Shown: piece by piece, positions 30,510 to 40,932 of the stretch
Position numbering within the stretch: the stretch's first letter is position 1
How the letters are laid out: the number at the start of each line of letters is the position of its first letter
NCBI GenBank assembly: GCA_016861085.1
Contig: BOKR01000001.1
Coordinates: 991,298 to 1,055,297 of the forward strand
DNA: 64,000 nt
Source of the DNA: Patescibacteria group bacterium
Lineage (GTDB): Bacteria > Patescibacteriota > Microgenomatia > UBA1400 > PJMF01
Reading direction: 5' to 3'
Notes under the pieces: model-generated
What the model saw: the letters and a program-made list of their open reading frames with translations, nothing else
Told to the model about the DNA's origin: nothing
The model's database searches: none
Position numbers and translations under genes: made by a program

Positions 30510-31529
30510 ATGAACTTGTTAATCACTGGCTCACTTGGTCTAGTCGGTTCGACTGCAACCGAATATTTCCTAAATAAAAATCATTCTATAACTGGTATTG
30601 ATAATGACATGAGGGCAGTCTTTTTCGGAAACGATGGTAGCACAACAACGCAGTTGAAACGATTCCTAAAAAATAGTAACTATACGCATACAGATCTAGA
30701 CATTCGCGATTATAAAAACCTAGAGAATATTTTCAAAGGCAACTCATTTGATGCCATTATTCACACGGCTGCACAGCCAAGCCATGACAAAGCCAGGGAA
30801 ATTCCACTCTTAGACTTCGAAGTTAATGCGTTAGGCACCCTCAACCTTTTGGAACTGACAAAACAATACGCTCAAAAAGCTGTCTTCATTTTCACAAGTA
30901 CTAATAAAGTTTACGGAGACAACCCCAACAAAATTGGCTTAAGAGAAAATAAAAAAAGATATGTATTTAAAGATAAATTGTTTGTTGGATTCAATGAATT
31001 GACCCCAGTCGATCACACTACACATTCACTGTTTGGAGCGAGTAAACTTAGTGCAGATATATGCGTCCAAGAATATGGCAAATACTTTGGACTCAAAACA
31101 ACTTGCTTACGGCTCGGTTGTATTACAGGGCAAGCACACTCTGGAGTAAAACTGCATGGGTTTCTCTCCTATTTAATTAAGTCCTTAAAAGAAAAAAAAT
31201 CATACGAAATTATTGGCTATAATGGTAAGCAAGTTCGCGACCAGATCCATGCATATGATCTCGCTGCCGCGTTTGAACAAATAATAAAAAAACCTGGTGT
31301 AGGGGAAGTCTTTAATCTTGGAGGTGGGTCTCAAAATACGATTTCCGTGTTAGAAGCTATTGAATTAGTCTCAAAAAAAATTAATATCGAGCCAAAACTC
31401 AAGTATACAAAAGCAAATCGAATTGGTGATCATATCTGTTACATTTCAGATATTAGAAAATTTCAAAAAAGATATCCCAAATGGAAACTAACGCAGAGCA
31501 TTGAGGATATTGTAAACGAACAACTATGA
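30510..31529 (+). CDS. NAD-dependent epimerase/dehydratase (CDP-paratose-2-epimerase-like SDR)
   Basis: MNLLITGSLGLVGS…GIDNDMR…, then a YxxxK catalytic pair. Confidence 0.75.
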   Translation: MNLLITGSLGLVGSTATEYFLNKNHSITGIDNDMRAVFFGNDGSTTTQLKRFLKNSNYTHTDLDIRDYKNLENIFKGNSFDAIIHTAAQPSHDKAREIPLLDFEVNALGTLNLLELTKQYAQKAVFIFTSTNKVYGDNPNKIGLRENKKRYVFKDKLFVGFNELTPVDHTTHSLFGASKLSADICVQEYGKYFGLKTTCLRLGCITGQAHSGVKLHGFLSYLIKSLKEKKSYEIIGYNGKQVRDQIHAYDLAAAFEQIIKKPGVGEVFNLGGGSQNTISVLEAIELVSKKINIEPKLKYTKANRIGDHICYISDIRKFQKRYPKWKLTQSIEDIVNEQL

Positions 31530-32284
31530 AACAAGTATCTATTCTCTCTGTTCCTGTGACAGTGACAAATTATCTTGAAACTATTACTTTTGTTAAGCGA
31601 ACTATTTCTCAAAGAAAAAAAATATATATTTATGTAGCCGCAGTTCATTTAATAATGGAATGTCAAAAAAACCCAAAGTTGCTGAAAAGTTTAAAAGGAG
31701 CAGCTATTGTTACTCCTGACGGAATGCCACTTGTATGGATTTCAAAACTATTGGGAAATAAACTTGCGGGTCGAGTATACGGACCAAATTTGACCATAAT
31801 GCTCTGTAGATTGGCTGAACTGTCTGGTTTTACAATTTTTTTGTTAGGAGGCTCTACTGGACAGTCTAAGAATTTAGTGAGTACCTTGCAATCAAAATTT
31901 AAAAAAATAAATATCGTTGGGAATATTGATACACCAATCAGGCCTATCCCAAAAAAAGAGAATCAAATAATAGTTGATGCTATAAATAAAAGTAAGCCAG
32001 ACATTGTTTTCGTTGGACTTGGCTGCCCTAACCAGGAATTGTGGATCATGGAGAATAGAAGTAAAGTCTCAGCACCCGTTTTAATCGGAGTTGGGGCGGC
32101 ATTTGACTTTATTTCTGGGAAAGTTCAACAAGCCCCAGTGTGGATGCAAAATAGTGGTCTTGAATGGCTGTATCGTTTGATTCAAGAACCAAAGCGTTTG
32201 TGGAAACGCTACTTAATACTTAACACGTTATTTATATTTAAAATTATTAAACAAATACTTAAATCTTTTTTTGTAGGACAGTAA
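31526..32284 (+). CDS. GT26 glycosyltransferase (WecB/TagA/CpsF family)
   Basis: …TPDGMPLVW…GRVYGPNL…FLLGG…VGLGCPNQELW… family signature. Confidence 0.8.
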   Translation: MKQVSILSVPVTVTNYLETITFVKRTISQRKKIYIYVAAVHLIMECQKNPKLLKSLKGAAIVTPDGMPLVWISKLLGNKLAGRVYGPNLTIMLCRLAELSGFTIFLLGGSTGQSKNLVSTLQSKFKKINIVGNIDTPIRPIPKKENQIIVDAINKSKPDIVFVGLGCPNQELWIMENRSKVSAPVLIGVGAAFDFISGKVQQAPVWMQNSGLEWLYRLIQEPKRLWKRYLILNTLFIFKIIKQILKSFFVGQ

Positions 32285-32332
32285 CTCACTTAGAACTCGG
32301 GTCTCACCAAAAAAGATAGTATACTACATCGC

Positions 32333-33556
32333 ATGCGAAAAAAAATTCTCTTTCTAAGTCAAGTATATCCATATCCAGCGGATGGTGGCGGTAAAATTAA
32401 AACATTAAACTCACTAAAAACACTTGCTAAAGATTTTGACGTCTATGCAATCTTTATTTCAGAAAAAAAACCGCTCAAAAAAGATATCGAATATCTTAAA
32501 AAAATTGGAGTAAAAAAAATCAAAGTATTTTACAATCTAAAAATTTTAGCATCTGTTAAAGATGATTATCCTCATCTAATTATGAATTTCCTGAAACTGA
32601 GGCCACACTATGTATTTCAGTATACTTTTGCACCGGCATTTTCATATATAAAAAATGCTGTCAGTAGCTACAAACCAGACATCATACACATCGACCATAT
32701 TAATATTGCTCAATATTTGCCAAAAGAAAAGAATGAAGTCTGGATTCTTGAGCACCACAATCTTGAATTTTATCTTCTATGGACAAGATTTTTATACTCC
32801 TCCAAATGGTCAAGAAAACTGTATCTGCTCATCGAGTCAGTACTAACATATTTATTTGAATCAAAAAAAATAAAACAATTTGATTTTGTTTTTACTATTT
32901 CTCAAGAAGAAGCTGAAAGATCAAAAAGATTTTTTGGGATAAGAAACGTTTCAGCTCAACCTCTTGTGTACCCCACCATTACTATTAAGAAGAAATTGTC
33001 ACTCAATCCTCACCTCCTTTTCATAGGTGGTCTAGGTTGGCCACCTAACGAAGATGCCATAGAGTGGTTTATCAATCAAATGTTTCCAATAATTCTAGAA
33101 AAAATTCCAAACGTTGAGCTTCATGTAGTTGGTAAAGATAACCCCATTCTTACTCATAGGTTACCAAAACACACTAATATCTTTTTACATGGGTATCAAA
33201 AAGATATCACACCTTTTTTGCAAAAAGCAGATATTTTTATCTTGCCCTTCCGCATGGGTGGCGGGGTTAGAATTAAGAGCCTGACTGCTCTTTCTGCGGG
33301 AGTACCAATCGTGTCTACAAAGTTGGGTGTAGAGGGACTAAAAGTCAAAAATAATACACACTATCTAGAAGCAAACACTGAAATAGATTTTGCCAACAGC
33401 GTTATCACACTGCTTAAGTCAAAAAAAATGCAAGATAAAATGTCAAAGAATCAAACCGAATATTTGACTGAAAACCACTCAAAAAAATTGAATAGAAAAT
33501 GGCTGGATGAATATCACTTTTGGTCTACATATCCCCATAAAAAAAACCGTTCATAA
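32333..33556 (+). CDS. GT4 family glycosyltransferase
   Basis: GT-B fold with a C-terminal …FILPFRMGGGVRIKSLTALSAGVPIVST…G.EG motif. Confidence 0.75.
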   Translation: MRKKILFLSQVYPYPADGGGKIKTLNSLKTLAKDFDVYAIFISEKKPLKKDIEYLKKIGVKKIKVFYNLKILASVKDDYPHLIMNFLKLRPHYVFQYTFAPAFSYIKNAVSSYKPDIIHIDHINIAQYLPKEKNEVWILEHHNLEFYLLWTRFLYSSKWSRKLYLLIESVLTYLFESKKIKQFDFVFTISQEEAERSKRFFGIRNVSAQPLVYPTITIKKKLSLNPHLLFIGGLGWPPNEDAIEWFINQMFPIILEKIPNVELHVVGKDNPILTHRLPKHTNIFLHGYQKDITPFLQKADIFILPFRMGGGVRIKSLTALSAGVPIVSTKLGVEGLKVKNNTHYLEANTEIDFANSVITLLKSKKMQDKMSKNQTEYLTENHSKKLNRKWLDEYHFWSTYPHKKNRS

Positions 33557-34419
33557 ATCTTCAAAAAGATAAAAGATAAAATGCTTCTTCTTTTACCAAA
33601 GGAGAAATATTGTCTATATTCCTGCGGCCATCCCTTGAGAGATTTGAAATATGTTTTCCAATTCACATAGGGCAAATATACAAACTCATTAGAAATTTCC
33701 CATTTTTCAGCTAGTAATCTTGCTAATCTACCACGGTAATACCCTTTTTTCAGGAAATAAGTCATACTTGTTGTTTCCTCGTGCCAAATTTGCAACTGCT
33801 TTATAAACAATCCTTTTAAACCCTTAGACTGCATTGCAAATCCCATATCTGTATCTGCGCTATCAAACCAATCAATATGAATTTTTGTATCAAAACTCAA
33901 TCTATTTCTTTTTAGATCTGAAACTTTGAATATAATATTTTTCGTATCTACATTAAAAGGAGTTGTTAATACTCCACCTTGAAGCTTTTGCATAAACCAG
34001 TACTTTTGGTGGACGTATTGAGCTGTGGCAGTTGCACTATAAGAGTTCAGTACTTTTGAATCTCCAATAAAGTACGAATTATTGGGAAAAATCTTTACAA
34101 TCCTTTCTGCAACAGTAATCCAACTCTTATGAAGTACGCAATCATCGTCAACAAAAGCCAAGTATTTTGTTTTTACATTTCTTAGAGCCACATTCCTAGC
34201 AAAAGGGACACCTTGTTTTTTTTCTGATATGTATCGAATCTGTAAAATATTTGAAAAAGAACAAGCAACGCTTTTTGCACTTAAGGCAATATCATTATCA
34301 ACAATTAATATCTCTAAAGGATATGTAGTCTGATCTACTAAAGAACAAAGTAAGCGGTGTAGTTGTTCCGGCCTTTTTTTTGTAACGATTGCTAAAGTAA
34401 CTTGCCTTTTTTCATGCAT
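33514..34419 (-). CDS. GT2 family glycosyltransferase
   Basis: N-terminal …AIVTKKRPEQL…ILIVDND… GT-A signature. Confidence 0.7.
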   Translation of the reverse strand: MHEKRQVTLAIVTKKRPEQLHRLLCSLVDQTTYPLEILIVDNDIALSAKSVACSFSNILQIRYISEKKQGVPFARNVALRNVKTKYLAFVDDDCVLHKSWITVAERIVKIFPNNSYFIGDSKVLNSYSATATAQYVHQKYWFMQKLQGGVLTTPFNVDTKNIIFKVSDLKRNRLSFDTKIHIDWFDSADTDMGFAMQSKGLKGLFIKQLQIWHEETTSMTYFLKKGYYRGRLARLLAEKWEISNEFVYLPYVNWKTYFKSLKGWPQEYRQYFSFGKRRSILSFIFLKIYERFFLWGYVDQK

Positions 34420-35876
34420 AGCAGCGTAAGTACCCCTAAATATAAAAATAATAAATCAAAACTTGGATCTTGATTAAATAGTGTGTGAACTTGCGAATTT
34501 AGGATAAACCCTACAACCCCCAACCATATACCAAAAAACACGTTTTTTTTAACATACTTAAAACTCAATTGTAATATACCAAGTAAAAACAAAATAAAAA
34601 ATACAGTACTAGGAATTCCTAGCTCTGAGAAAAAAAGAAAGAAAGTGTTATGCACGGGAAACATAAAACCTCTTAATTCAGGGGGCAATAAACTTTGTTC
34701 GTTCATCATTCTAGTACTTAAATTCAGTCCAACCCCAAATAAGGGAAATTCCTTTATCATAATTAGTGCCTGTTCAATGAGAGCTATTCTGACAACTCCA
34801 CTTCCATCTGATAAAAATTCCGTAGTGCTTACTATTCTGAGCCAAAATCGTTTACCAAATAGAACTAAAAAACTGCTTATTCCGGCGATAAAAAATAGTA
34901 GATATTTACTGATAAATTCTTTTAAAAAAATTCTTTCATTAAAATACAAGTTGAGGAAAAAAACTATGAAAAAAAGTAAGCTTGAAAACCATCCGCTCCT
35001 AACAAAACTCCCATACAACGCTAGCAGTCCTAGAAGTACACAGATAGATGAAACCACAGTTGTACCTCTCTGTTTTTCTTGCAATGAGAAAATTGAAAAA
35101 ACAATGGCAAATGGTAACAACATGCTAACAAAACTAGCAAAAAAAGTTGGGTGTCCAATTAAGCCAGAAGCTCTGTATAAACTTTCCGAACCGTCTGAAG
35201 TAAGGTATCCCTGTTGTTCATAACCAGCTCCGTCCTCGAGGTACCAACCTATTGGCCCACCATTTTGATGTTGTAAAAAACCAACGTACCCATTTAAAAA
35301 TAGGACCAAAATTATCGATAGGAAAAAATATTTTACAAATGTTCTGTTTTGTAAAATGATAATCGTTATAAAAAATAAAAACACCGCTTGTAAGATTCTT
35401 AAAAATCCAAAAAAGCTTAAAAAGTAGTCACTGGAAAACACTGTGCTTACAAAAGCTAGTACAATAAAGCCTAGTAATGCAAAAAGTACTAGCATAATAT
35501 TCTGATTAAATGATTTTCTAAAGTAGAAAAATAATTCTGGAGATGAAATTAAAAAAAGTAGCAAAATTATAATTGATCTCAGACTTACACCGTAATACAA
35601 GCTAAAACCGTGCATCCAAAATTCCCTTCCCTGAGCCACAGCAACCAAATCCCATCCACGAATGCCTTTGTCAAATGAAAAAACAAATAGCAACGCAACA
35701 AATAAGACTTCCTTTATTGAAAAATCAAAAAGTAGAAAATTAAATGTTACAAATGAAGACACGATAAAAAGCAAGGTCTTTATATCGTGAACAAATTGAA
35801 GAGCAACAATATGTACTAAAAAAACAAAAATAAAAAATAGTGAATTACCTAGTAACTGTTTCAACTTCAGCAACAT
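34392..35876 (-). CDS. Polytopic membrane protein, O-antigen ligase/polymerase-like
   Basis: 494 aa with ~12 TM helices and a large extracytoplasmic loop (…LEDGAGYEQQGYLTSDGSESLYRASGLIGHPTFFASF…), typical of the Wzy_C/O-antigen-ligase family. Confidence 0.5.
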   Translation of the reverse strand: MLLKLKQLLGNSLFFIFVFLVHIVALQFVHDIKTLLFIVSSFVTFNFLLFDFSIKEVLFVALLFVFSFDKGIRGWDLVAVAQGREFWMHGFSLYYGVSLRSIIILLLFLISSPELFFYFRKSFNQNIMLVLFALLGFIVLAFVSTVFSSDYFLSFFGFLRILQAVFLFFITIIILQNRTFVKYFFLSIILVLFLNGYVGFLQHQNGGPIGWYLEDGAGYEQQGYLTSDGSESLYRASGLIGHPTFFASFVSMLLPFAIVFSIFSLQEKQRGTTVVSSICVLLGLLALYGSFVRSGWFSSLLFFIVFFLNLYFNERIFLKEFISKYLLFFIAGISSFLVLFGKRFWLRIVSTTEFLSDGSGVVRIALIEQALIMIKEFPLFGVGLNLSTRMMNEQSLLPPELRGFMFPVHNTFFLFFSELGIPSTVFFILFLLGILQLSFKYVKKNVFFGIWLGVVGFILNSQVHTLFNQDPSFDLLFLYLGVLTLLCMKKGKLL

Positions 35877-36711
35877 CTGTTATTTCTAAAATAATACTAA
35901 CTTCTGGAAAAAAAAGTGAAAGATGTTCACCCAACCTTACTACTTGGTGACCAGAAAAATAATAATTTTCAAAAAGTTTTTCAACTTGCATTCTTAAAAC
36001 CATGTCAACATCTTTAACTGTATAATCAGTTCTCAGGTTTATATTTGATGTATATTCGTTTTTGTAGAGGGTCGAGACAAAACTCTGATGTGTTTCTGAT
36101 TTTTCAACTACAGCGTAAACTTTTCCTGTGTATGGGTTTTTTATATCCATTCCCTTATAAATTGCTTGCGCAACCGGATTAGGAACTGCTTTCGCTACTC
36201 CTGATACCAACACTTCTTCAGTTTGGTTCTTATAATTTGTATCAAAAATATCTACAACTTGCCCAACTATAAATACGCTGTCGAAATGAAAATCAATTTT
36301 TTGACCTACTTCAATATTCTTGCCTTTGTACACTGTCCTGCCAGTACTAAAATTTTCAACTGTTTCTATTTGAACATACAAAAATACTTGGGCGTTACCC
36401 CCATTTCTTTCAAAGAAATCAATATCAACAATTTCCGCAACCACCCTTCCATCAGGACTCACCTCATAAGCACCAATTTGTAAGTCTTTAACGAGCCATA
36501 GCGGTGGTCTATAACCCTCAAACTGAGAATAGTTATTTGTCCAATCTTGTCCAGTAACCTCAACTTTAATGAGCTGCTGATGAAGCTGTACTTTTTGATG
36601 TTTAACTAATGAAACAACAAAAAATGAAACTACTAAAAGAACTACCAAAGTATAAGGATTCAGAAAGCGTAGCTTATTTTTTATATACTCTGATACAGTT
36701 TTTTTCTTCAT
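35845..36711 (-). CDS. Hypothetical membrane-anchored protein
   Basis: 288 aa, one N-terminal TM helix, no motif recognised. Co-directional with and overlapping the ligase-like gene. Confidence 0.4.
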   Translation of the reverse strand: MKKKTVSEYIKNKLRFLNPYTLVVLLVVSFFVVSLVKHQKVQLHQQLIKVEVTGQDWTNNYSQFEGYRPPLWLVKDLQIGAYEVSPDGRVVAEIVDIDFFERNGGNAQVFLYVQIETVENFSTGRTVYKGKNIEVGQKIDFHFDSVFIVGQVVDIFDTNYKNQTEEVLVSGVAKAVPNPVAQAIYKGMDIKNPYTGKVYAVVEKSETHQSFVSTLYKNEYTSNINLRTDYTVKDVDMVLRMQVEKLFENYYFSGHQVVRLGEHLSLFFPEVSIILEITDVAEVETVTR

Positions 36712-36804
36712 AGTTTTGATTGTACAGAAAAGAAAAGGAAATTCAAAAGCAAATCATATTGCTTGCTAACTCTTTATGCTTAGGGTATATTCAGCCATGT
36801 CATT

Positions 36805-37605
36805 ATGAAAAATAGCCACTATGATTGGAAAAACTTACTTATCGAGCTAACAAAGAAAGAGATATCTGTTAGATACAAAAAAACATTCTTTGGTTTTTTA
36901 TGGATGTTCTTAAACCCACTTTCTCAAATGCTAATTTTAGGGATTGTTTTTCAAAATTTTGCGAATCTCTCAATAAAAACTGAGAATTACTTTTTGTTTT
37001 TATTTATTGGACTTATCATTTGGAATTTTTTTTCAAATACTTTATATACTACAATTCCCATTTATGTTAATGAACGGGCTCTACTACAAAAAAGCAAATT
37101 TCCGAGAGAAATCATCCTTATTTCAGTACTATTTTCCAATCTATTTCATTACTTAGTTTCCCTTCTTGTTCTTCTTTGTTTTATTAGTATCTACTTCCTC
37201 TTCAGCAATGGTATGGGCGTTGTATTGAATTTGATTATTAGAACACCACTCATTCTCCTGACTACAATCTGGCTTGGACTACTTACAACCGGTATTGGTT
37301 TATTTCTCTCGTCACTGAATGTTAAATATAGAGATATTAATTTTTTTACTAGCGCAGCACTGCCACTCCTGTTTTATGCCTCCCCAATCATCTGGGAACT
37401 CCATTTTGTTCCGAAAGCTATTTTACCGATTCTGTACCTAAATCCACTCGCCTCTATCATTGAAATAAACAGGTATGTTTTTCTAAATGAAGGATTAGCT
37501 TTTTCAAAAGGAATTCTTTTAGGATTAATTGTTACCATCATTGTACTAGCGCTCGGAATTTATATTTTCGAAAAAGAAAGTCCTTACTTTGACGATTGGC
37601 TATAG
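36805..37605 (+). CDS. ABC-2 type polysaccharide/teichoic-acid export permease (Wzm/TagG-like)
   Basis: 266 aa, 6 TM helices, N-terminal …ISVRYKKTFFGFLWMFLNPL… ABC-2 signature. Confidence 0.75.
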   Translation: MKNSHYDWKNLLIELTKKEISVRYKKTFFGFLWMFLNPLSQMLILGIVFQNFANLSIKTENYFLFLFIGLIIWNFFSNTLYTTIPIYVNERALLQKSKFPREIILISVLFSNLFHYLVSLLVLLCFISIYFLFSNGMGVVLNLIIRTPLILLTTIWLGLLTTGIGLFLSSLNVKYRDINFFTSAALPLLFYASPIIWELHFVPKAILPILYLNPLASIIEINRYVFLNEGLAFSKGILLGLIVTIIVLALGIYIFEKESPYFDDWL

Positions 37606-38359
37606 AATGAAACCGAAACAAAAAAAACTACAAGAAATAGCGGTCAAACTAACGAAAGTGAGTAAAGTTTATACTGTAAAAACAGAAAAACCAACACTTG
37701 TTGAAACAGTACTAAACAAAAAGGGTATCACAAAATATACTGCTCTTAATTCTTTTGATTTAACTGTTCTTAAAGGTGAAAAACTTGGAATCATTGGTTC
37801 AAATGGTGCAGGAAAAACGACACTATTAAAAATTATTGTCGGAATTACACAGCCTCAAAGCGGAACTGTCACCGTAAATGGTAAAATTGTCTCATTGATT
37901 AATCTAATGGCAGGTTTTCACCCAGAGATGTCTGGTTTTGACAACATCAAGCTTAACGGACTGCTCATTGGTATGAGTGGAGCAGAAATCGAGGAAAAGA
38001 AAAATAAAATAGTAAAATTTGCAGATATTGGTGAGTTTATCTATGCGCCATTACATACCTACTCAACTGGAATGAAGTTGCGTCTTGGATTTTCTATAGC
38101 GGTTCACTCGGACCCAGATATTCTTATTCTCGATGAAGGGGTAAGTGCCGGTGATGAAAAATTCAGAGCGAAAGCGAACAATAAAATTCAAAAATTATTC
38201 AAACAAAATAAAACCATTATTGTCGTTTCACACTGGCTCAATTTTCTTAAAGAAAATTGTAATAGAATAATTTGGATGGAAAAAGGCAAAATAAAAAAAG
38301 ACGGCTCAACTAAGCTACTAGATGAATATCTGGCCTTTTATGCAGGAAAGAAAAAGTAA
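37589..38359 (+). CDS. ABC transporter ATP-binding protein (Wzt/TagH-like)
   Basis: Walker A GSNGAGKTTLLK, ABC signature YSTGMKLRL, Walker B ILILDEG. Start overlaps the permease stop. Confidence 0.8.
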   Translation: MTIGYRMKPKQKKLQEIAVKLTKVSKVYTVKTEKPTLVETVLNKKGITKYTALNSFDLTVLKGEKLGIIGSNGAGKTTLLKIIVGITQPQSGTVTVNGKIVSLINLMAGFHPEMSGFDNIKLNGLLIGMSGAEIEEKKNKIVKFADIGEFIYAPLHTYSTGMKLRLGFSIAVHSDPDILILDEGVSAGDEKFRAKANNKIQKLFKQNKTIIVVSHWLNFLKENCNRIIWMEKGKIKKDGSTKLLDEYLAFYAGKKK

Positions 38360-39844
38360 CACAACCCTTGGTTTGAAAATCATTCTGTGAAATGGAAGCT
38401 TCAAAGCTAATCGCATAACATGCAGTTCCACCAGAAATTTCCGAGCAAAGTAGCTGTTCTCGTCCCACCAATTCCCTTCACCTTGATAAGTTGCTATCCT
38501 ATTTAAGTCAAAATGCTTCGATAATAATTTGACTCTTCTGTTCACACCGAATGAAGAAAGATATTTCTCATTAAGTTGTAAATTAAAAATCCTGTTCCCA
38601 ACGTACATCAGTAGTTGAACTTCATCCCAAAACCCATACTGACTAGAAATCCTCTGTAACTTCTGCCAATTAATTTTGGTGTCTTCCGAAAGAATTTTCG
38701 ACAGTTCAAATATTTTTCGCAATCCATGAAAAAAGTCGTTTGCCCATAATCTTACAACTGAACTTAAAATGTAATATTCGATCTCTATTATCCCATCTTT
38801 TGAGTGAGATAAAATGTCTTTTGTTAGTCTCATTGTTTCTTTTCGTGTGAAAATCAAGTTTCTTGGAATTGAAGAATAGTAATGCAAATCTATGACAAGA
38901 TTGTGTTTATCATGAATCAACTGCACTTCCTGAGGAGGACAATCTTTCGTTCTGTATCCCAGAATATATAATGCAATCAAATATCTTTTTAAGTATCTTT
39001 TGCCGACAAGAATATCAATGTCATATGTTGTATTTTGTTTTAGTTTTATGTCACCTTGATATTTTTTCAATAAAACAAATCTAACTCCCAACTTTTTTGC
39101 TATTAAATGCAAATCATTTTTCAGCTTGTCCTTTTGCCAGTCAAGAAAAATATTCTTTTTAAAAAGATTTTCAATTCGTAACAAAAATTGATCTGAAAAG
39201 TAACTTCTACAATTTATACAATTTAAAATATGATTAAAATAAGTAATTGATTTGTTATTTTCAGCTATTTTAAATAACCGGTCTTCAAGTACAACATTCT
39301 GTTGAAAATCCCACTTACATTTCTTCCCCTTTTCCTTAGATATACTAAGTAAAAAATCGTATGATAAATCAATTCCTTTTCTATTTCTTTTTTGTGCAAG
39401 AATTTTTAAAATAACAACTTCGTAAAAAAAATAGTTGTGTACCAATTTGAAAATATATTTTCTTGGAATAGTTAGACTCATTAAAAATGAATATATTTGA
39501 AAAAAAGGTATGATCAGTTTTGAAATGAAAACTTCAAGATCTAAAACATATGCTCCATTCTTGATAACAGTAACAATTCCAATATAACTGCTGCCATTCA
39601 CAAGATCTCCGTCTTCTGTTAGATTAAAATCTCCTTTTACCTTCAGTAATCTGCCACTATCACCGTTAACTACTTTAGTAACCCTGTGTGATAAAAGGTT
39701 GCCTGTATAGTTTCTATATAAAACTATATCTCCAGATTGTACTTGAGAAAAAGGATAATCCAATTGAACTGTTAACCTATCCCCTGAAGAAATAAGGGGA
39801 AACATACTTTTTCCTGAAGACGTAATCTGTATATATTGTTTCAT
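38318..39844 (-). CDS. Fusion: S24/S26 (signal-peptidase-I-like) peptidase domain + PF14907-type 'uncharacterised nucleotidyltransferase' domain
   Basis: N-terminus GKSMFPLISSGDRLTV…SGDIVLY…TKVV… has the S26 Ser/Lys signature. C-terminus has …GVRFVLLKKYQG…YDIDILVGKRYL… (R-x-DIDLLV-like nucleotidyltransferase motif). The internal ATG (MKQYIQITSSGKSMFP) is preferred because the track start at 39919 would overlap the divergent GT2 gene start. Confidence 0.5.
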   Translation of the reverse strand: MKQYIQITSSGKSMFPLISSGDRLTVQLDYPFSQVQSGDIVLYRNYTGNLLSHRVTKVVNGDSGRLLKVKGDFNLTEDGDLVNGSSYIGIVTVIKNGAYVLDLEVFISKLIIPFFQIYSFLMSLTIPRKYIFKLVHNYFFYEVVILKILAQKRNRKGIDLSYDFLLSISKEKGKKCKWDFQQNVVLEDRLFKIAENNKSITYFNHILNCINCRSYFSDQFLLRIENLFKKNIFLDWQKDKLKNDLHLIAKKLGVRFVLLKKYQGDIKLKQNTTYDIDILVGKRYLKRYLIALYILGYRTKDCPPQEVQLIHDKHNLVIDLHYYSSIPRNLIFTRKETMRLTKDILSHSKDGIIEIEYYILSSVVRLWANDFFHGLRKIFELSKILSEDTKINWQKLQRISSQYGFWDEVQLLMYVGNRIFNLQLNEKYLSSFGVNRRVKLLSKHFDLNRIATYQGEGNWWDENSYFARKFLVELHVMRLALKLPFHRMIFKPRVVLLFLSCIKGQIFI

Positions 39845-39924
39845 GTGACTAACTATATCAAACCTATTATAAGCAAATATTTTTAGTTCTGGAAATGCAA
39901 AACAAAATACTGTATACAAACCTT

Positions 39925-40929
39925 ATGAGTAAGGTGTCTGTAATCATACCAACAAAAAATAGACAAGAATATCTAAAAAAGAACTTGAATGCCCTCGTGA
40001 ACCAAACAGTTGCACCTGACGAAGTTATTGTAGCTGATAATGGTTCAACAGATAATACAAAAAAGATTATCAGTTCATTTAAAGATAAGCTTCCGATTAA
40101 GTACCTCTTGGTTAAAAAATCAGGGGTCACCCATGCTCGAAATAACGCTGTTAAAAAAGCAACACATGAGATCGTTGCTTTTCTTGATGATGACTGCGAA
40201 GCAAAAAATAACTGGATTGAAAAAATCAAGAAAAACCAACACTATCTTGATACCCATGTTGTCCAGGGAAAATCGATTAACCCTAATAAAAAAAATATAA
40301 TCGCCGAAGTTATGTACTTCTGCTCTGAAACAGGTGTTAGAGTTTGCATTAGTGAATCAAAAATTATTAATAATCAAATAGATAATAAACCAATTTTTTT
40401 CGATTTTCTTGACACAAAGAACTTGGTGATAGGCAAAAAAATCATTAAAAAAGTTGGTACTCTATTTGACAATAACCTTGAAAGTTACAATTATGGTGAA
40501 GATACAGAACTTGGAATAAGACTACATTCTATGGGTATTTCTTCAATATATTGTGAGGACATCAAAGTCGATCATCATTACATTGATAATCTTATGCCAT
40601 TTATCAAAAAAAGCTTCCTAGCGGGTAAAACACAAGTGGCTGTAACAAAGATAATTAAAATGAAGCACAAGGAGAGGTATGAAAATGAAAAAAAATATGC
40701 TGAGATTTTTGGCAATAAGGCAATGAAAAATATTGTTGGGAAGAGACTAAAAAATGTGAGAATAATTTCAAATGAGTATTTTAGAATATTATCAAAAAAA
40801 TATTCACCTTTGCGTATAATCACATTCAAATCATTATTTTATGGGCATATTCTTTTCAAAAATCTGGGAATTTACTACCAGAAGTTACTTTACTTATTTA
40901 TAAAACTACCCTATACTCACTCTCGTTAA
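39925..40929 (+). CDS. GT2 family glycosyltransferase with C-terminal extension (paralog A)
   Basis: MSKVSVIIPTKNRQEYL…VIVADNGSTDNT…AFLDDDC… GT-A core plus a ~100 aa helical tail. Paralogous to the 41291-42205 gene. Confidence 0.65.
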   Translation: MSKVSVIIPTKNRQEYLKKNLNALVNQTVAPDEVIVADNGSTDNTKKIISSFKDKLPIKYLLVKKSGVTHARNNAVKKATHEIVAFLDDDCEAKNNWIEKIKKNQHYLDTHVVQGKSINPNKKNIIAEVMYFCSETGVRVCISESKIINNQIDNKPIFFDFLDTKNLVIGKKIIKKVGTLFDNNLESYNYGEDTELGIRLHSMGISSIYCEDIKVDHHYIDNLMPFIKKSFLAGKTQVAVTKIIKMKHKERYENEKKYAEIFGNKAMKNIVGKRLKNVRIISNEYFRILSKKYSPLRIITFKSLFYGHILFKNLGIYYQKLLYLFIKLPYTHSR

Positions 40930-40932
40930 ATT

